Positions 38,242-46,616 of a stretch of DNA of 64,000 nucleotides are shown here, in pieces. The translations under genes and the position numbers were made by a program. Below the pieces are notes generated by a model. That model worked only from the letters and a program-made list of their open reading frames with translations. It was not told the DNA's origin and made no database searches. This DNA comes from an uncultured Bacteroidales bacterium (GTDB lineage Bacteria > Bacteroidota > Bacteroidia > Bacteroidales > JAGOPY01), in contig CAWBCI010000026.1 of NCBI GenBank assembly GCA_963787195.1, positions 129,605 through 193,604 on the forward strand, given 5' to 3'. Every line of letters begins with the position of its first letter. The first letter of the stretch is position 1.

Positions 38242-38547
38242 CTATAAGAAAGCTGCTGCCCCTCCTAAAACAGCACCAAAAACAGTAATTAGTAAAATAA
38301 TCCCTATTAATGAAATCACTAATCCTGCAATGGCTAATCCTTTTGGCTGTTTAAATACACCAACAAAAGATAATATTAGCCCTAACAACCATAGGACCCA
38401 ACCTAAAAAAGGGACCCAACCTAAAAATATTGCGATTAGAGCCAGAACAAAACCAGCAGTTCCAACACCATTCGATCGCTTATCAGTCTGATTAATAATC
38501 ACTGTCTGTCCAGATTGACTTTGTGGGTTTAGAGTATCATTCATCAT
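38242..38547 (-). CDS. small membrane protein (DUF4190-like)
   Basis: 101 aa with a polar N-terminus, then three hydrophobic helices rich in G/L/I/W (GFVLALIAIFLGWVPFLGWVLWLLGLILSFVGVF...). Confidence 0.6.
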   Translation of the reverse strand: MMNDTLNPQSQSGQTVIINQTDKRSNGVGTAGFVLALIAIFLGWVPFLGWVLWLLGLILSFVGVFKQPKGLAIAGLVISLIGIILLITVFGAVLGGAAAFL

Positions 38548-38945
38548 TTTTACTTTATTTAGTATTTCCTACTCGTATGGCTTTTCGGAATACGCCCCGT
38601 TTATTGATGTGGTCGCTGGACTCCACTTCCTTTTAATTTCATGTCGGCTGTCTCAAACTTTCCTAAAAGGATTGAGTATATGTACAGGCTACAATTATTT
38701 TGCTTATATCTATGTTAAGAATTAGTAATGATTTTTTGGAAGAAGACTTGACAGCACTTATAGTTTCAGCCTTAGTAAATGTTTTTGGCTTGGTTTTTTC
38801 ACAAGCTAAATTTCAAAATTATTTTTTGAAATTCCAAATTTAATTAGATAAAAGTTGAATTATATTTTGCTGATGGCAGATTTAAGAGTTCCGTCCTAAG
38901 AAAATGGCACAACAATAGACCCCCTTGAATTTTATAGCCCTTAAA

Positions 38946-39105
38946 GGAGCGACACAAATCCCAGTTCAAAGTTCAAAATTCAAAGTGATGAGTTTAAGTT
39001 GATTAGTTATTTAGTTTTGTCTGGAGCTTGGTAGGAATAGAAACACAATATCAGCTGAACGCACGTACTTCGACCTGAAAGGAGGTCACCGCAATAGCCC
39101 GGGTA
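38946..39105 (+). repeat. dispersed ~155-nt repeat, copy R2
   Basis: Direct copy of R1 about 990 nt downstream. It continues into further REP-like hairpins (GTCCTGAAAGGAC, CCGGCAAAGGCCGG). Confidence 0.8.
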
Positions 39106-39172
39106 TTTATGCCTGGGGAAAAGGACGCCCTTAAAATCGCAAGTCCTGAAAGGACGACACTGGGCCGGCAAA

Positions 39173-39218
39173 GGCCGGGATCTGGTAGCGGAATGCAGAC
39201 AGGGAATGAATTCAGATT
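39173..39218 (+). repeat. 46-nt direct repeat, left copy (island boundary)
   Basis: GGCCGGGATCTGGTAGCGGAATGCAGACAGGGAATGAATTCAGATT is identical to 44336-44381 except for one base. Confidence 0.85.
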
Positions 39219-39231
39219 ATTTAAAGATATT

Positions 39232-39894
39232 TCATCCCTGATTTATTATACTTTGAAGTTTCATCCTGTCAATACCACCTCCTTGTTGAGAAATATCTCC
39301 TATCTCGCTTTGTTCTTTAATAAATCCGTTTTCTATCAAAACATCAGAAATTAAATCCTGAAAAGCATTTTTCACTCTTGAGTATCTAAAGAAGACCTTT
39401 ATAATAGGAGATCTTTTTTGCGCTACTATACTTAATTTTTTCTCGAAGAAGCTTGGTATTGTCAAACTGACTAAGCGCCTATACTCATTTCTAGTCATAT
39501 TCCGATAATTTATCGAAGTATCTACACTATTTAAAGGGTATGGCGAAATGTCGATTATCAAAAATCCAATTTCATTACAAATTTTTAAAAATTCTTTTTT
39601 GTTTGATATTGAAATGTTTAAAGCTTCTTCCAAATCACTCCTGTGAAAAAATTGACTGTTTTTTGTCTCGGGATTATAAATATATTTTTTCATTTTACCC
39701 CAAAGCGGAGCTTCGGCAATCATCAAATACCTGACCTTTTCTATATTTTCCAAATTTTCGAACCATATCTTGTTTATTTCATTATAAGAGCTTTCCAAAT
39801 AAGCATCTTCCTTTACGAATTCGTCTGATAATCCTAGTCTTTTATAAAATGATTCAATTATAGGTTTGTTGGGTTCGTAATCTATATTTTTCAT
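39232..39894 (-). CDS. hypothetical protein (island gene 6)
   Basis: 220-aa ORF ending 14 nt from the left direct repeat. VRYLMIAEAPLWG and FLIIDISPYPLN weakly recall UDG-superfamily motifs A and B. No secure family. Confidence 0.6.
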   Translation of the reverse strand: MKNIDYEPNKPIIESFYKRLGLSDEFVKEDAYLESSYNEINKIWFENLENIEKVRYLMIAEAPLWGKMKKYIYNPETKNSQFFHRSDLEEALNISISNKKEFLKICNEIGFLIIDISPYPLNSVDTSINYRNMTRNEYRRLVSLTIPSFFEKKLSIVAQKRSPIIKVFFRYSRVKNAFQDLISDVLIENGFIKEQSEIGDISQQGGGIDRMKLQSIINQG

Positions 39895-40012
39895 GAATTC
39901 AATTATTAATCAAATATAAATATCATCGTGAAATTCTATGCAAAATGACTTTGAAAAAGGAATTAACTTATATAATGATATTTTCGGTTTTGAGCGTTAA
40001 TATTATATCTCC

Positions 40013-40234
40013 CTATTCCCCTTCCCCAAGAAAATAAATAGAATGAAGGGGTAATTTATTCTTCTTTTCATCCGACAGATTATTGTAGTATTCCTGCCAC
40101 AATTCAATAAAGCGTTCAATATCTATAAGTTCGATGTGTTTTGAGAAGCTGCGGGCTTCCTGGATTGCTGTTTGTTTGGCTCTCGCCATCATGAGTAATA
40201 CAATTTGTAAAACCGTCTTGGTATTTTCACTCAA
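40013..40234 (-). pseudogene. probable C-terminal remnant of an Mrr-like restriction endonuclease
   Basis: ...AIQEARSFSKHIELIDIERFIELWQEYYNNLSDEKKNKLPLHSIYFL resembles the extreme C-terminus of Mrr_cat-type restriction proteins. There is no catalytic region, and only a TTG start that overlaps the upstream stop. Confidence 0.4.
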
Positions 40235-41042
40235 ATAACCTTGTCTGCCTTTCGATTTTAGGATGAAAAGTCCCGATGATCATAAAGGGATTCCGTGAAA
40301 CGTAATGATTCAATTTAGTTGTTCCTAAAAAGAAATGCAGGTCTTTAGTTTTGGAGAAATCATCAAAATATTTTTTTCTTACGTCTTCAATAGCCTTTTT
40401 TTCGTTCCCTTCATGTCTTGCAAGGCAATTCCAGTAAAGTTGTCCGGTCTCCCAGTCTTCTATCATCATATGGCTTTCTGTGCCTTGATTGTCTTTGAAC
40501 ACGAATTTGAACTTATACGGTAATTTCTGGACAACTATAAATCTTCCTTCGGACGTCGTTTCAAAAATATTAAGCTGGTTTAACTTTTCCAGTCTGGCTG
40601 TGTCCCAGTTCCGTTCCACACTTTCGGCTGTGAAATCCATAATTTCAGTCGGCTTGAAAACGGCTAATGAAGTACAAATATTTTTATCTTTTGCTTCTGC
40701 AATAAGTTCGGAAAGATTGTAATAAATCTTCCCGAGACAAATTTTCTTTCGCTCATGCCAGTTCCCGGCGGAAACAATATGGCCTGTTACTTTAATTTCT
40801 TCGTCAATGGTTTTAGGCCGAAAACTTTCCGGTCTGAAATCATTGTTATTTTTTACCAGATCCACTTCTATCCAGTCATATTTCTTGTACTGCTCGTTAT
40901 ATGATTTTTGCCGAAACCGAACCGGATAAATTCTTATCCATGTGCCATCTTCCCTAAAACCAGCTGTGCATACAAGTTCATCATACTTGGAGGAAAGTGT
41001 CGGATAGGTTTTTACAGTGATCAGTACTTTTGTCAATGCCAT
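40227..41042 (-). CDS. hypothetical protein, 271 aa (island gene 4, partner of the DUF488 fusion)
   Basis: Clean ORF. Its ATG lies 2 nt after the upstream stop (TGA-TA-ATG). Beta-rich N-terminus (ITVKTYPTLSSKYDELVCTAGF..WIRIYPVRF) and a C-terminal IEDWETGQLYW...FMIIGTFHPK block. Family not recognised. Confidence 0.7.
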   Translation of the reverse strand: MALTKVLITVKTYPTLSSKYDELVCTAGFREDGTWIRIYPVRFRQKSYNEQYKKYDWIEVDLVKNNNDFRPESFRPKTIDEEIKVTGHIVSAGNWHERKKICLGKIYYNLSELIAEAKDKNICTSLAVFKPTEIMDFTAESVERNWDTARLEKLNQLNIFETTSEGRFIVVQKLPYKFKFVFKDNQGTESHMMIEDWETGQLYWNCLARHEGNEKKAIEDVRKKYFDDFSKTKDLHFFLGTTKLNHYVSRNPFMIIGTFHPKIERQTRLFE

Positions 41043-41044
41043 TA

Positions 41045-41929
41045 TCAGATATGTTTTACTTCATAGTTAAATCCGGCTAATGTCGAAATGGATTCAGCCA
41101 AATGTTTTCTGTGGCATTTATTAATATCGGCTTCAAAACAGGTAAGAGCAATGCGTTGATTTTTCTTTAATATGTTAAATATTTCTTCCTGCTCGTCTAT
41201 AGTCTCTTTCAGGTTATCCATCTTATACCAGGAAAAGAGTTTGTCATAATCCGCCTGGGTATTCAGTTCCTGTCTTTGCCCTGATTGTATGCCTAGCTCC
41301 GGAATATGTACGTATTGTATGCCAAGACTTTCACAGTATCGTTTTAACAGGCTCTTGCTAAAGCCAAATTTCATGCTCAGCGGGTTATTGCGAACGTCGA
41401 CCAACACTTTTACGTCATTCTGAAGTAACCTGACCAAATATTCCTCGAGCGATATGCCTTCATAACCTATGGTGAACAGTACCGTTTTACTACTATCAGG
41501 TTTTGCCGCATTAATCCTCTCAAGCTGTATTATATTCAGAATATTTTCGGCCGCTTCACTTTTTATGGCATAGAAGGGAAAGTTTATATAGGTATGCTTC
41601 ATCAGGGCATTGGCATTCATATGGCCATAGGCGGCTTTCACTTCCTCTGATATCTTCCTGTCTTCCGGTTTAAGCTGTTTCAGGTAATCCGTTTTATCGG
41701 CTTTTTTAAAGTGAGATTTGGTTTCCTGTAAGATCCCTTTTGAGGCCATAGTCGTCATATCTGCATTAGCCGAAAAAGAATAAGAGCCGAATTTGTAAGG
41801 TATAAAATCATAAACGGCCTTCGTCTGCCTCTTCGAAAATAAGAAAAGCAACTTCTGAATCCGGATTTTATCCAATTCGTCTTCAAAAAGCTGTAATAAG
41901 GCCAAGATGACTTTTCTCCTGTAAAACAT
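41045..41929 (-). CDS. fusion protein: wHTH/Panacea-like N-domain plus C-terminal DUF488
   Basis: The C-terminal half (LFTIGYEGISLEEY...LVDVRNNPLSMKFGFSK...LGIQYVHIPELG...ALTCFEADINKCHRKHLA) matches the long DUF488 pattern. The N-terminal IQKLLFLFSKRQTKAVYDFIPYKFGSYSF weakly resembles DUF4065/SocA-type domains. Confidence 0.75.
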   Translation of the reverse strand: MFYRRKVILALLQLFEDELDKIRIQKLLFLFSKRQTKAVYDFIPYKFGSYSFSANADMTTMASKGILQETKSHFKKADKTDYLKQLKPEDRKISEEVKAAYGHMNANALMKHTYINFPFYAIKSEAAENILNIIQLERINAAKPDSSKTVLFTIGYEGISLEEYLVRLLQNDVKVLVDVRNNPLSMKFGFSKSLLKRYCESLGIQYVHIPELGIQSGQRQELNTQADYDKLFSWYKMDNLKETIDEQEEIFNILKKNQRIALTCFEADINKCHRKHLAESISTLAGFNYEVKHI

Positions 41930-42121
41930 TTTGCAAAGTTACGCTCTATAATGAGATTTCTAAAGCTAAATCCTTTTTGAATGCTGAAATAGTCTAAACT
42001 ATAATTTTGAAGGAATGACTAATAAATATTACTACTGATATTCCATGCTGGTTCCGTCAACACGATTTTTAAATTCTGTATTGCGCAGGTGGTCAGGATG
42101 TCTTGTTATTGTGTGTAGTGA

Positions 42122-42688
42122 TTATCCCACTAATATTCTTTTTTTTCTATAGTTATTTAGGTGCTTTTTTAGGTGTTCTTCGATTTGAAACAATCTCATT
42201 ATTGGTGTTGAAAAATATGCTGTTTGTTTTAATGCAATAGACCGCAATTTTTTCACCGCCGATTCAAACTTTTCGTTTATAATTAATTCCAGATTAACAT
42301 CGAATTCCTTATCAATGGAATCCTTTAATCTTAAAAGCTCTGTTCGTGTGTTATATTTTGCATTGGGTCCACTAACTTTAACGATAGGAGACCAAATCAT
42401 AGGAATTATAGACTTGTATTCGCTAAAGTACTTTCTTGCATAATTTATATCCTTTTTAAACTTCGCGTAAAATCGGTTATAGTCATCAGGCCTTTTGTTT
42501 TTAACATATTGAAGCCCTTGAATATGTGCTGCGACTTCACAGACATAAACCTTTTTATCTAGCAAGCTAATTCCTACTACATCTATTTCTCCTTGAATGT
42601 CAGGATTATTTACATTGTATTGTATGAAATCACATTTGAGAGCTAATTTCAAATATTCACCACATATCTCCTCACTTACAGTTTGCAT
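42122..42688 (-). CDS. hypothetical PD-(D/E)xK-like nuclease-fold protein
   Basis: GEIDVVGISLLDKKVYVCEVAAH resembles the D...(E/D)x(K) core of YraN/NucS-type restriction-fold proteins, although the Lys position is not obvious. Confidence 0.55.
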   Translation of the reverse strand: MQTVSEEICGEYLKLALKCDFIQYNVNNPDIQGEIDVVGISLLDKKVYVCEVAAHIQGLQYVKNKRPDDYNRFYAKFKKDINYARKYFSEYKSIIPMIWSPIVKVSGPNAKYNTRTELLRLKDSIDKEFDVNLELIINEKFESAVKKLRSIALKQTAYFSTPIMRLFQIEEHLKKHLNNYRKKRILVG

Positions 42689-42838
42689 ATAGTTTTTATT
42701 TTATTTTTTTATTCTGAATGTTATCCACAACTCCCCATTCTTTATACCACGTTATCGTTTTTCCTAATTAAACTTAATAATTCTCTATTTATTGATATTA
42801 CTATTATCTTCCGGAAATTAGTCATTATGCGTTGTGTT

Positions 42839-43672
42839 TCATTTAATCTTATTGAGGTATTTATAGTGAGCTTTAATATTATGAAAATAGTAGCTTCCTA
42901 TCGAATTAGAGTTAATTAATTCATCATACACTTTCTTTGGAACATCTACGTATTGGAAAACATCACCATGATGGAATTCTATTTCCATAATCTTATTTTC
43001 AGCATCATAACCTATAGAAGCAATATTGGAAGAACTAACAGGAATCCTTTTTATGTTTTGTGTATGGAATTCTGTCAGCATTTTTGCAACACCGGCTGAT
43101 ACATACATTTGGTACCTGCTGGTTGGTTTTTCGGGTAGGATAAGTTGCAGCCAGCCTAATTCTACTAAAGGTTTAATGTGTCTCGTGTAATTTTTATTAT
43201 TATTGTAAAGCGCTATAAATTCAAATATGTCCTCGCGAGATTTTGCTTCAGTACAAAATTTTAAAATCGAAAAAATAGTGTCTCCGATTTTACTTATCAA
43301 TTCATTTCTGTCTTTGGTCCATCCTTGGTCCTTTACTGACCTAAGATAAGAATCAATTTCTTCTAATGTTTTAATATCCGGTATTTTATCTTTGGCTCTA
43401 TCTTTGGCTCCGGTTAATTTCACAGCACCAGCAAGAGGATGGATTTTAATTGTGCAAAGAAAATAAGACCTGTCATCATCGGTTTCGAAAACCGGTGGCG
43501 GCGACCCGTTTTTCTCCAATTCGCTGTGTATTATATTGTAAAATCTTACTGATTCGGCGCTGCCGGGAACTATGGTTATATCCACCGGATTCCATCCCTT
43601 TTTCAACTCAATCCTATCCCATTCAACGGTATGGCCATTAATCAGTTCATTTATATTTATGGGTAGTTCCAA
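42839..43672 (-). CDS. mosaic protein: collapsed AlbA_2/HATPase_c_4-type regulator, wHTH and C-terminal KTSC domain
   Basis: The N-terminal [21 protein letters not shown] (AlbA_2 start) runs directly into [25 protein letters not shown] (end of HATPase_c_4). Then come [25 protein letters not shown] (wHTH tail) and [51 protein letters not shown] (KTSC). Confidence 0.65.
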   Translation of the reverse strand: MELPININELINGHTVEWDRIELKKGWNPVDITIVPGSAESVRFYNIIHSELEKNGSPPPVFETDDDRSYFLCTIKIHPLAGAVKLTGAKDRAKDKIPDIKTLEEIDSYLRSVKDQGWTKDRNELISKIGDTIFSILKFCTEAKSREDIFEFIALYNNNKNYTRHIKPLVELGWLQLILPEKPTSRYQMYVSAGVAKMLTEFHTQNIKRIPVSSSNIASIGYDAENKIMEIEFHHGDVFQYVDVPKKVYDELINSNSIGSYYFHNIKAHYKYLNKIK

Positions 43673-44249
43673 ATTAATATTTCTATGGATTCTTGAAAAG
43701 CTATTTATGATTTCTCAAATAATCGATTTTGATTTCAGCAAGTTTTAAAACATCCCTGGTCTTTTTTCATTTGAATTAAATTGCTTGCCATTGCTTGTTA
43801 AAAGTACGCGGATAATTTTACCCCGTGGATTTTTTTTACAATAGTTGTCAACACAAAAGTCTAATTATCGGGAAGATTGCATTCTGTAAAATTTAGGGAA
43901 TACCACCATATTCTCCTGCTCAAATTCTCATTTATGTGTTCATTTTCCATTTTCAATATATATTATACTTCGTTTATATTTAATGCATAAATGCAATATT
44001 TGTATAATTTTAAAAGGTAGATTTTTTTTATCCCGGCAAACTTGATGAACGAAATTTCGGGATAATTTTATGAAAATCAAAATTTTATTTAATGAAGAAA
44101 ATGATTTCAGATAGCCGGATTCAGATTTCAGATTTACGTCTTCCAGGATGGAAGTATAATAATTCTGACTGTTTCGCTTTGCCGGCGTCACTGCAAAAAG
44201 CTATCAGATCTTGACTTTCGTCAGGATGACGCCACATCTTGCTTAATAG

Positions 44250-44302
44250 AAAAGCGGCGCGGCACGCCTTGAAGATTTCCAGAGGTGTGCCGCGCCGCTT
44301 TT
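44250..44302 (-). terminator. strong stem-loop terminator downstream of the RND operon (bidirectional form)
   Basis: AAAAGCGGCGCGGCACGCC-loop-GGTGTGCCGCGCCGCTTTT has a roughly 19-bp GC-rich stem flanked by an A-run and a T-run. Confidence 0.75.
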
Positions 44303-44335
44303 ATAAAAATACCATAAAGACGTCATCCCGGCGCA

Positions 44336-44381
44336 GGCCGGGATCTGGTAGCGGAATGCAGACAGGGAATGAAATCAGATT
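44336..44381 (+). repeat. 46-nt direct repeat, right copy (island boundary)
   Basis: GGCCGGGATCTGGTAGCGGAATGCAGACAGGGAATGAAATCAGATT. It is preceded by the REP-like hairpin ATCCCGGC-GCA-GGCCGGGAT. Confidence 0.85.
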
Positions 44382-44477
44382 TCAGATGGCAAATTTTAGA
44401 TTGACGAAAAAATAAGGACCCCCACTTAATGACCACCATTAACATGATGCGCCGGAGGACATAGCCCTAAAAAATAA

Positions 44478-45845
44478 TCAGAAACTGAACTTCAGACTGA
44501 ATACAAATTCATCCTTATCCTTCAGCATTGCAAAAGCGCTTTCCCCTTCTCCCCGGATCAACCTCAGGCCTAGTGAAATTGTGGTATTCAGGTTAGGCAT
44601 GTAATCGATCGAAGGCATATAAATCCAAGCGTAATTGCCCGGAATATCCTTCCAGTCTGAAACTACAAAAGCCATCGTTAGCGGTTTGATATTCAGTTTA
44701 TCTTCAAAAAATTTCTTCTCATAATTCAAAACAAAATAATCATTCAGGTTCTTTGATCCCATTTCATTCATAAAACCATGTAGATACTGGAAATTCAAAT
44801 AAGATCCATCGCTAAAACTGTAATCCCCGCCGATAACGAATTTGATATAAGGAGTATTATCCAGTAATAGCGTATCAGTGGGAGGAAGACCGAATGAAGA
44901 AAGATCATTGCTGGCAATTACTTTATTTTCCGGAATAAAAGCCGCAGCCTCGGCCCAAAGACCGATGCCCTTCACAGAAGTTGCCATATCGGCGCCAATG
45001 ATGTGCTGCCTCGGGTAAGACATATAGGAACGTATGTCTAAAGCACCTTCCATACCGACCGGTGCGATTACGTTATGATATGGCAGGGGCAACTGTGTCC
45101 GGCCATAGACATAACTCAGCGAAAAATCAATACTGCTGAGATATCCCCCGAATTTCAGGCCGTAAGTCGAATTCCCGCGTAAGTTCAGGGCAGGCATGGC
45201 CAGGCTGTCGGAAAAATTCGCAAGGTAAAATCCGGCGGGGACCGGGATAGAAGTTGTCAGGGCGGAAGACCAATCGCCTAAAGGCAAGGTGGCCGGCCTG
45301 AACAGGGCAATATAGTCGCCTTCTATGTAAAAATCCTTGATGTAATAAGTGGCATGTATACCGTCCGAGCCATTATGCCGGCCGAAATCCCAGATATCCT
45401 CCAGGTCATATGAATTCAGATTATCCGTTGGATTCAGCCGGTCGGCAGTGCCCCAGGCAATCCGCTGCCTTCCGATCTTGACATCCAGGTTCTTACTGAG
45501 AAAACCGTATAATTCCACATAGGCTTCACGTATATCAATATTATAAGGTGAAGTTAGATCCTTGTTGAACAATTGATCCGTATTCGTTATCAAAGGAAAA
45601 CCAAATGACCTCAGCCAGACTTCACTGTGGAATTTAGCCTTATCGGTAAATTTTTTCTCCAGTTGAAGGTCCAGGCGGTTTTCATTCCATGACCATTGCC
45701 CGTCATTCAGCCTGAAACGATTGTCGGTATAAATCTCTCCATAGAGTTTTATTGGATTTTCCTGTGCCTGCAAACGGGTAAAAGGAAGCAAGGAAATAAG
45801 GATCAAGCCGGCCAAAATTCTTCGTTTTAAACTTCTTCTTTTCAT
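44478..45845 (-). CDS. outer-membrane beta-barrel (porin-like) protein
   Basis: Signal peptide, beta-strand periodicity and a C-terminal ...FSLKFSF aromatic terminus. Last gene of the RND operon. Confidence 0.6.
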   Translation of the reverse strand: MKRRSLKRRILAGLILISLLPFTRLQAQENPIKLYGEIYTDNRFRLNDGQWSWNENRLDLQLEKKFTDKAKFHSEVWLRSFGFPLITNTDQLFNKDLTSPYNIDIREAYVELYGFLSKNLDVKIGRQRIAWGTADRLNPTDNLNSYDLEDIWDFGRHNGSDGIHATYYIKDFYIEGDYIALFRPATLPLGDWSSALTTSIPVPAGFYLANFSDSLAMPALNLRGNSTYGLKFGGYLSSIDFSLSYVYGRTQLPLPYHNVIAPVGMEGALDIRSYMSYPRQHIIGADMATSVKGIGLWAEAAAFIPENKVIASNDLSSFGLPPTDTLLLDNTPYIKFVIGGDYSFSDGSYLNFQYLHGFMNEMGSKNLNDYFVLNYEKKFFEDKLNIKPLTMAFVVSDWKDIPGNYAWIYMPSIDYMPNLNTTISLGLRLIRGEGESAFAMLKDKDEFVFSLKFSF

Positions 45846-45868
45846 TTTAACCTGGAATATTCAATTTC

Positions 45869-46606
45869 TTATTGTTTTAATTTTCTTACACTAAAATCGT
45901 CGTCCGGGATATTCGTGTCAAATTTGATATCCGTCGTGATCATCTCTGTTTTATGGTCTTTTGCCATGTCAGTCATCAGCATATCGGTGGCTGTCCAATA
46001 ATTTCCAATCTTTTCAATTTTGGTATTCAGCAGTTCTTTCACTTTCCTCCCTCCTCTGTCATAATAATCCACTTTGCGGAAATAGTAATTATCTTTTCCT
46101 ATGGTAATGATCTGTTTTGAATAATCCGAAGCGGAAGGATCTTTGGGTGTAAGTTCCAGAACATAAGTATCCGGATTGTCTTCCAAAAGTTTGGGATTAA
46201 ACTTTTCCGACATAGGCTTGGATTCCATATCGTCATAAGAAAAATCTGTTCCGGCAAAATTCTGGTTTTTGATGGATGATGCTATCCTCCTTTCTTTTCC
46301 ATAAGCCGGAAGATAGAGGTACATCACATTATCGGGAAGGGAGAGAAAAGCGATTCCCGCCTGGGATGCAGGAGCCGTAAAACGAAAGAGGCGCATTTCA
46401 TTCCCTTTCTGGATAAATTCAGCCTCCCTGCTTTGCTGATTTCCTTTTTTATCTGTTATGATAATTTTTATACTTGCCCTCTGGTCTTTCGGGGCATAAG
46501 TCACATCATCGGTTTTTTTCAGGATCTGTGAGGCATCCTGGGAATATGTGTTGCCACTTAGCATCAAAATAAAAATGCTTGTTATTATAAATGATATACT
46601 TTTCAT
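45869..46606 (-). CDS. outer membrane lipoprotein-sorting (LolA-like) protein
   Basis: Signal peptide. ILKKTDDV...KIIITDKKGNQQSREAEFIQKGNEMRLFRFTAPASQAGIAFL fits the LolA_like family that accompanies MMPL/RND permeases. Confidence 0.75.
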   Translation of the reverse strand: MKSISFIITSIFILMLSGNTYSQDASQILKKTDDVTYAPKDQRASIKIIITDKKGNQQSREAEFIQKGNEMRLFRFTAPASQAGIAFLSLPDNVMYLYLPAYGKERRIASSIKNQNFAGTDFSYDDMESKPMSEKFNPKLLEDNPDTYVLELTPKDPSASDYSKQIITIGKDNYYFRKVDYYDRGGRKVKELLNTKIEKIGNYWTATDMLMTDMAKDHKTEMITTDIKFDTNIPDDDFSVRKLKQ

Positions 46607-46616
46607 AATTTAAATT

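Larger units (their letters stand above)
39219..44335. other. AT-rich accessory island bracketed by the 46-nt direct repeat
   Basis: Six same-strand ORFs, none housekeeping, two of them apparent gene remnants. The sequence is visibly more AT-rich than both flanks. No integrase or transposase was recognised. Confidence 0.5.

Noticed and set aside
43940-44191. An 83-aa minus-strand ORF lies in the 800-nt spacer at the right end of the island.
   Set aside because: It is a Lys/Ile/Asn-rich translation of AT-rich DNA with no start context or motif, and it overlaps TCAGATT word repeats. It cannot be excluded as a small gene, but nothing supports it.
37955-44381. An integron-like cassette array was considered (repeat, gene, repeat, genes, repeat).
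   Set aside because: No intI-type integrase is in the window. The repeats are 46-155 nt direct copies with REP-like hairpins rather than demonstrable attC sites. The second unit holds six genes with their own spacers. I kept only the weaker claim of repeat-delimited variable DNA.
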